DNA of 32,000 nucleotides from Cereibacter sphaeroides 2.4.1 (GTDB lineage Bacteria; Pseudomonadota; Alphaproteobacteria; Rhodobacterales; Rhodobacteraceae): NCBI RefSeq assembly GCF_000012905.2, contig NC_007493.2, positions 2,850,001 to 2,882,000 of the forward strand, read 5' to 3'. Shown piece by piece: positions 25,794 to 32,000 of this stretch (position 1 is its first letter; each line of letters starts with the position of its first letter). The notes under the pieces were generated by a model. It saw only the letters and a program-made list of their open reading frames with translations, ran no database searches and was not told where the DNA came from. The position numbers and the translations under genes were made by a program.

Positions 25794-27034
25794 TGGCGCT
25801 CCGCATCCTGCAGATCGCGCACGATCATCCCGACTGGACGAGCGGCGGCACCGAGATCGTGGCGCATGACCTGCATCGCGCCCTGTCGCGCCGCGGCCTC
25901 GACTCGCGCTTCCTTGCGGCCGCGACCTCGCTTCAGCGGCCCGAGGCGATGGCGGGCAGCCTCGGCCATCTCGGCGAGGACATGGTGCTGCGCACCGGCG
26001 GCTACGACCGGTTCCTGATGAAGCGGCACGACGGGCTGCGCTGGCTGGAATCGGTCCGGCGCCTTCTGACCGATGCTGCGCCCGATGTGGTCCATCTGCA
26101 CGGGCTCGACCGGATCGGGGCAGAGATCCTGCCGGCTCTTCGCCGCTTCGCCCCGGCGGCCCGCATCGTCATGACATTGCACGACTATCAGATCATCTGC
26201 CCGAACGAAGGGTTGCTGCTCACCCGCCCCGACGGATCCCGCTGCCGCGGCGCCCGGCCCGACAGCTGCCGCGCCTGTTTTCCGGAGCTCGGCGCCGACC
26301 GGCACGCCCTGCGCAAGACCTATCTCGCGACCCTGCTGCAGGGCGTGGACTGTTTCCTTGCCCCGAGCCGCTTCCTGAAGGACCGCTTCCTCGACTGGGG
26401 CCTGCCCGCGACGAAGCTGCAGCTCATGCCGAACGCGGTGGCTCCGCTCGCGCTGATGCAGGACAAGCCGCGGGTGCGACGGGACCGCTTCGCCTTCTTC
26501 GGCACGCTCGCCCTGCACAAGGGCGTGCTGACCCTGCTCGAGGCGGCGGCGCAGCTGAAGGCCGAGGGCGCGGAGCTGCGGCTCGCCTTCCACGGCGGCC
26601 TGCGCCATCCCGAGCCGGCCTTCCGCACGGCGTTCGAGACGGCGCTGGCGGCGGCACGCCCCCTCGCCCAGCACCCCGGTCCCTATGACCGGGCCGCGCT
26701 GGCCAGCCGGATGGCCGATGTGGATTGGGTCGTGGTGCCCTCGCTCTGGTGGGAGAATGCGCCGCTCGTGATCCTCGAGGCGCAGGCCGCGGGACGGCCG
26801 GTCATCGCCTCGGGCATCGGCGGCATGGCCGAGATGGTCAAGGACAGCGAGACCGGCCTCCTCGTTCCGCCCGGAGATGCCGCGGCCCTTGCCGAGGCGC
26901 TGCGCACGGCTGCGGGGGATGCCGATCTCTGGGCGCGGCTCGCGGCGGCGCAGCCCCGCACCAGCCACGAGCGCTTCGTGGACGCCCATCTCGATCTCTA
27001 TCGGACCCTTCTGGAGGGGAGGCACGCGGCATGA
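25793..27034 (+). CDS. GT4-family (GT-B, retaining) glycosyltransferase, copy a, with Cys4 insertion
   Basis: 413 aa. The C-terminal GT4 core is VPSLWWENAPLVILEAQAAGRPVIASGIGGMAEMVKDSETGLLVPPGD (E-x7-E motif). The N-terminal Rossmann domain carries C-x14-C-x7-C-x2-C at residues 136-162. Confidence 0.85.
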   Translation: MALRILQIAHDHPDWTSGGTEIVAHDLHRALSRRGLDSRFLAAATSLQRPEAMAGSLGHLGEDMVLRTGGYDRFLMKRHDGLRWLESVRRLLTDAAPDVVHLHGLDRIGAEILPALRRFAPAARIVMTLHDYQIICPNEGLLLTRPDGSRCRGARPDSCRACFPELGADRHALRKTYLATLLQGVDCFLAPSRFLKDRFLDWGLPATKLQLMPNAVAPLALMQDKPRVRRDRFAFFGTLALHKGVLTLLEAAAQLKAEGAELRLAFHGGLRHPEPAFRTAFETALAAARPLAQHPGPYDRAALASRMADVDWVVVPSLWWENAPLVILEAQAAGRPVIASGIGGMAEMVKDSETGLLVPPGDAAALAEALRTAAGDADLWARLAAAQPRTSHERFVDAHLDLYRTLLEGRHAA

Positions 27035-29211
27035 CCCCGGCAGACGGCTCTTTCCTTCTTCCCGGCTCCGCCACCGTGGCCGAGGTCCGGCTTTCGCTCG
27101 TCCTGCCCGGGGGGCGCAGTCTCCTTGGCCTGACCTCGACCGAGGATCTGCCGCGCGCAGGCCACGCACACTGGTCGGGCGGTCAAGCGGCCTGGCAGGC
27201 CGAGGTCTGGGCGCACCACGCAGGCTTCGCAGGCCTGGCCCTCGTGGAGGCCGCGCTGTGCGAGCGGGCCACCCTGCGCGGTGCCGACGGTCAGGCGGCG
27301 CGGATCGAGACGCCGCGCCGGATCGAGATCGCGCCGGAGGCGCTTGCGGAGTTCGTTCGGGAAGCGGGCCTCATGCCGCGGGAGGTGCTGGCCTTCCTCC
27401 TTCGGGCGCTGCTGGCCGATCCCGCCCTGCCACCCGCCGAGGCCCGCGCGCATCGGGCCTTCGCGGCCGGGTTCCTGCAGGCCGCCGCGCTGCCCGACGG
27501 CTTCATCGAGATCCTCGCCACGCCCGAGACCGACGGCCTCTTCGCGCAAGGCTGGGCGATGAGTCTCGGCACCGGACGCAGCCGGATCGCCAAGCTCGAC
27601 GGAGACCTCTCCTTCTGCGAGGCCGAGATCGCAGCCTTCGCCCGGAACGACATCCTGCCGCCGGGCCAGGGGATCGCGCTCTACTGCCGCGACTGGCGCG
27701 GACAGGATCACGAGGCGGTACAGGCGCTGATCTTCGACACCGAAGGCGAGTTCCGGCGGCTCGAGCTGGTCCGCGGGTCGGTCCAGCATCTGAGCGGATC
27801 GGTGGCCTCCGCGCATGTGGCCCGGATGCTGCCGCGCCTGTCGGGGCCCGAGAGCTCGCGGCGCGCGCTGCGACGGATCTGCCGGCCGCGCTATCCGGGA
27901 AGCGATACGCTCTCGGCGACGACCCTGCCCATCGCTGCCGCCTTCGAGGCGATCTATCAGGCGCCCGATGGCGGGCTCCTCGCCATGGGCTGGCTGCTCG
28001 ACCCCCTGTCCCGGGTCGAGCGGGTGATCCTGAAGAGCGACGCCAATCTCTACGCGCCGTTGCAGGATCGCTGGCATGCGATGCCCCGGCCCGACCTGCA
28101 CGAGGGCTTCGCCCGCGATCCGCGCTTCGCGAACCTGCTCGACCCGCGCGACACGATGCACGGCTTCGTGGCCTACGCGCCCGCCTCCCGCGCCAAGGTC
28201 GAGGGAGCCGAGGTCTATCTCGAGCTCGTGCTCGACGACAATTCCTGCCTGTTTCGCCCCATCGCCATCACGCCGCTTGCCGGCCGCGAGCGGTTGCCTG
28301 CGCTGCTGGCCCCGATCTCACCCGAGGATCCGGCCCTGGGCCCGCTGGTCGAGCGGGTGCTGGCGCCGTTCCTCGCGGGTCTGCCCGCCACGCCGCCGCG
28401 CGCAATCGCCCGGCGCAGGGCGACGGTGCCCCTTGGGGCCGAGGCGCCGCCGCGCGACATCGCGGCCGTCATGCCGTTCCGGACCCTCGCCCAGCTTCAG
28501 CCCGTCTTCGCCCTCCTCTCCGGCACGCCCGAGGCCGCCGCTCTCGACCTGACGCTCGTCAGCACATCGCGGGCGGCGCAGGGGCTGGCCGAGCGGCTGG
28601 ATGAGGCCTTCCGCTTCTACGGCCTCTCCGGCCGGCTTCTTCTGGTGCCCGAGAGCGAGAGCCTGCTGGCGCGGATGGAGAGCGGGATCGCCGTCAGCCG
28701 CGGCTCCCACCTCCTGCTGTGGGAGCCCTCGGCGCTGCCCTCCAGCAGCAACTGGCTGGCCCGGCTTCTCCGCGAGGCGCAATGGGCGCAGCCCCCGGGC
28801 CTCGTCTCGCCGCGCCTCGTCTATGAGGACGGCTCGATCTGCTTCGGCGGCGGAGAGGAGCACGGGGCGGGGGCGCAGACGATCTGCCCGCAGCTCGGCT
28901 ATCCCGCGGCCTGGCTGGCACAGGGCCGCCCCCGCCGCACGGGCTTCGGGGCCGCCGAGATCGCGCTCGTCGGCCGCGCCGCGCTGGAGGCCGCGGGCGG
29001 ACTGACCGGGCGGCTCTTCGGCGACCGGATGGCGCACCGGGATCTCGCCGACCGGCTCCATGCCACGGGGTCGGGCACCTGGTGCTCGGGCTCGGTCACC
29101 TTCTGGGCACTGCAGGAGCCTTCGGACAGGAACGATTCCTTCACCACCCTGATGGCAAAGGTGGATGGCGCGCTGATCGCCGCGCGCGCCAGGGAAAGGC
29201 TCGGCCCTTGA
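27031..29211 (+). CDS. Orphan protein B (726 aa): two internal GW...R(N/P)D(I/L) repeats plus C-terminal GT-A-like domain with WEPS in place of DxD
   Basis: ATG at 27031 overlaps the GT4a stop (ATGA). This frame has high GC3. The C-terminal segment DIAAVMPF...LLLWEPSALPSSSNWLARLL...LVSPRLVYEDGSICFGGGE resembles GT2 enzymes. Only the part of track ORF 26725-29211 from 27031 onward is used. Confidence 0.75.
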   Translation: MTPADGSFLLPGSATVAEVRLSLVLPGGRSLLGLTSTEDLPRAGHAHWSGGQAAWQAEVWAHHAGFAGLALVEAALCERATLRGADGQAARIETPRRIEIAPEALAEFVREAGLMPREVLAFLLRALLADPALPPAEARAHRAFAAGFLQAAALPDGFIEILATPETDGLFAQGWAMSLGTGRSRIAKLDGDLSFCEAEIAAFARNDILPPGQGIALYCRDWRGQDHEAVQALIFDTEGEFRRLELVRGSVQHLSGSVASAHVARMLPRLSGPESSRRALRRICRPRYPGSDTLSATTLPIAAAFEAIYQAPDGGLLAMGWLLDPLSRVERVILKSDANLYAPLQDRWHAMPRPDLHEGFARDPRFANLLDPRDTMHGFVAYAPASRAKVEGAEVYLELVLDDNSCLFRPIAITPLAGRERLPALLAPISPEDPALGPLVERVLAPFLAGLPATPPRAIARRRATVPLGAEAPPRDIAAVMPFRTLAQLQPVFALLSGTPEAAALDLTLVSTSRAAQGLAERLDEAFRFYGLSGRLLLVPESESLLARMESGIAVSRGSHLLLWEPSALPSSSNWLARLLREAQWAQPPGLVSPRLVYEDGSICFGGGEEHGAGAQTICPQLGYPAAWLAQGRPRRTGFGAAEIALVGRAALEAAGGLTGRLFGDRMAHRDLADRLHATGSGTWCSGSVTFWALQEPSDRNDSFTTLMAKVDGALIAARARERLGP

Positions 29212-30477
29212 AAGCGCTCGTCCTGAGTCACGCCCACCCCGCCTTCTCGATCGGCGGCGCGCAGGTCGCCTCGCACAATCTCTTCACCGGGCTGAAGAGC
29301 CTGCCCGGATGGCAGGCGCATTACATGGCGGGCGTCGGTCCGCCGGTCGCGCGGCATGATGCGACGCCGCTCATGTCGCTCGGACAAGCCCCGGACGAGA
29401 CGCTGTTCTGGACCGGCGACTACGACTGGTTTCATCTGGGCACGACCGATCTCGATGGGCTGATGCGCCATTTCGAGCGGTTCCTGTCCGACCTCAGGCC
29501 AGACGTCGTGAATTTTCACCATGTCATGGGCTTCGGCATCCAGGCCATCGCCTCGGTGCGCCGGGCGCTCGGCCCGGTGCCCATCGTGATGACCCTGCAC
29601 GAATATCTGCCGATCTGCGCCCACCACGGCCAGATGATCAAGGCCCGCAGCCATTCGCTCTGCCTGCGCGCCTCGGCGTCGGACTGCGGCCTCTGCTTCC
29701 CGGAGCTGGGGGCCGCGGCCATGAAGCGGCGCGAGCTCTTCATCAAGAGCTTCTTCGACCGTGTCGATGCCTTCGTCAGCCCGAGCCGCTTCCTGCTGAC
29801 GCGGTTCGAGGACTGGGGGCTGCCGCGGCAGAAACTGGTGATGATCGAGAACGGGCTCGAGGGCGGGCCCGTCGCCCCGCCCCGGCCGCTGGCGGAGGGA
29901 AGGCCACGCAACCGCTTCGCCTATTTCGGCCAGCTCAACCCGTTCAAGGGCATCAAGGTGCTGGTCGAGGCGGTGACCCGCATCCCCGACCGGATCTGGG
30001 GCGACGCGATCCTCTACATCTTCGGCGGCAATCTCGAGCACCAGCCCGAGGAGTTCCAGACCCAGGTGCGCAACCTCTTCCGCATGGCGGGGCGCCGCCT
30101 GCGCTTCATGGGCTCCTACAAGAGCGCAGACCTGCCCCATCTCATGCGCGAAGTGGACTGGACCATCGTGCCTTCGACCTGGTGGGAGAATGCGCCGGTC
30201 GTGATTCAGGAGGCGTTCCACCACGGGCGGCCGATCATCGCCTCCGACATCGGCGGCATGGCCGAGAAGGTGCGGGACGGGATCGACGGGCTGCATTTCC
30301 GCGTTTCGAACCCCGAAAGTCTGGCCGAGACGATGATGCGCGCCCTCCGGGACCCGGCTCTCTGGGACAGGCTGCGAGCGGGCATCGAGCCGCCGACCGA
30401 TGCTGCAAGCGCCGCGCGCGAGCATGCCCGGCTGTTCGAGCGGCTGCTCACCCGGCAGGGGACGGCGGGCGCGAACC

Positions 30478-30485
<8 letters not shown>
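29208..30485 (+). CDS. GT4-family glycosyltransferase, copy b, with Cys4 insertion
   Basis: TTG at 29208 overlaps the upstream stop (TTGA) and follows agggaaagg. It gives (M)KALVLSHAHPAFSIGGAQVASHNL, which aligns with the N-terminus of copy a (ALRILQIAHDHPDWTSGGTEIVAHDL). The GT4 core is VPSTWWENAPVVIQEAFHHGRPIIASDIGGMAEKVRDGIDGLHF. GTG at 29082 is an alternative start but would overlap the upstream gene by 130 nt. Confidence 0.8.

Positions 30486-32000
<1,515 letters not shown>

Overview
High-GC (about 68-70%) alphaproteobacterial chromosomal segment. The rpoE 3' end and chrR at the left edge match Rhodobacter (Cereibacter) sphaeroides as I remember those proteins; this is recognition from memory, not a database search. 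Nt 1-21,000 is tightly packed housekeeping: rpoE-chrR, rmuC, mutL, a pair of M16 peptidases, a DUF3035/BamF-type lipoprotein, lspA, purH, a heparinase II/III-like protein, rsmB, a DUF1674 protein, dapB, rbfA, a DUF2233-type protein, truB, cysK, a DUF1643 protein, rpsO and pnp. Nt 21,300-32,000 looks accessory and is the most interesting part. It holds two divergently transcribed proteins built almost entirely of RTX (GGxGxDxLx) calcium-binding nonapeptides. Downstream of one of them is a translationally coupled five-gene string: orphan ~680-aa protein, GT4 glycosyltransferase, orphan ~726-aa protein, paralogous GT4 glycosyltransferase, and a PrtD/RsaD-type type I secretion ABC transporter that runs off the window. 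The orphan+GT4 pair appears to be a tandem duplication. Both GT4 copies carry a conserved C-x14-C-x7-C-x2-C insertion. Both orphans end in what looks like a GT-A fold without a DxD motif. No polysaccharide exporter, priming transferase or sugar-nucleotide gene is visible, so the only export route in view is the T1SS. I saw no rRNA, tRNA, CRISPR array, transposase or integrase. Most of the long ORFs in the supplied track are antisense or off-frame shadows typical of high-GC DNA.
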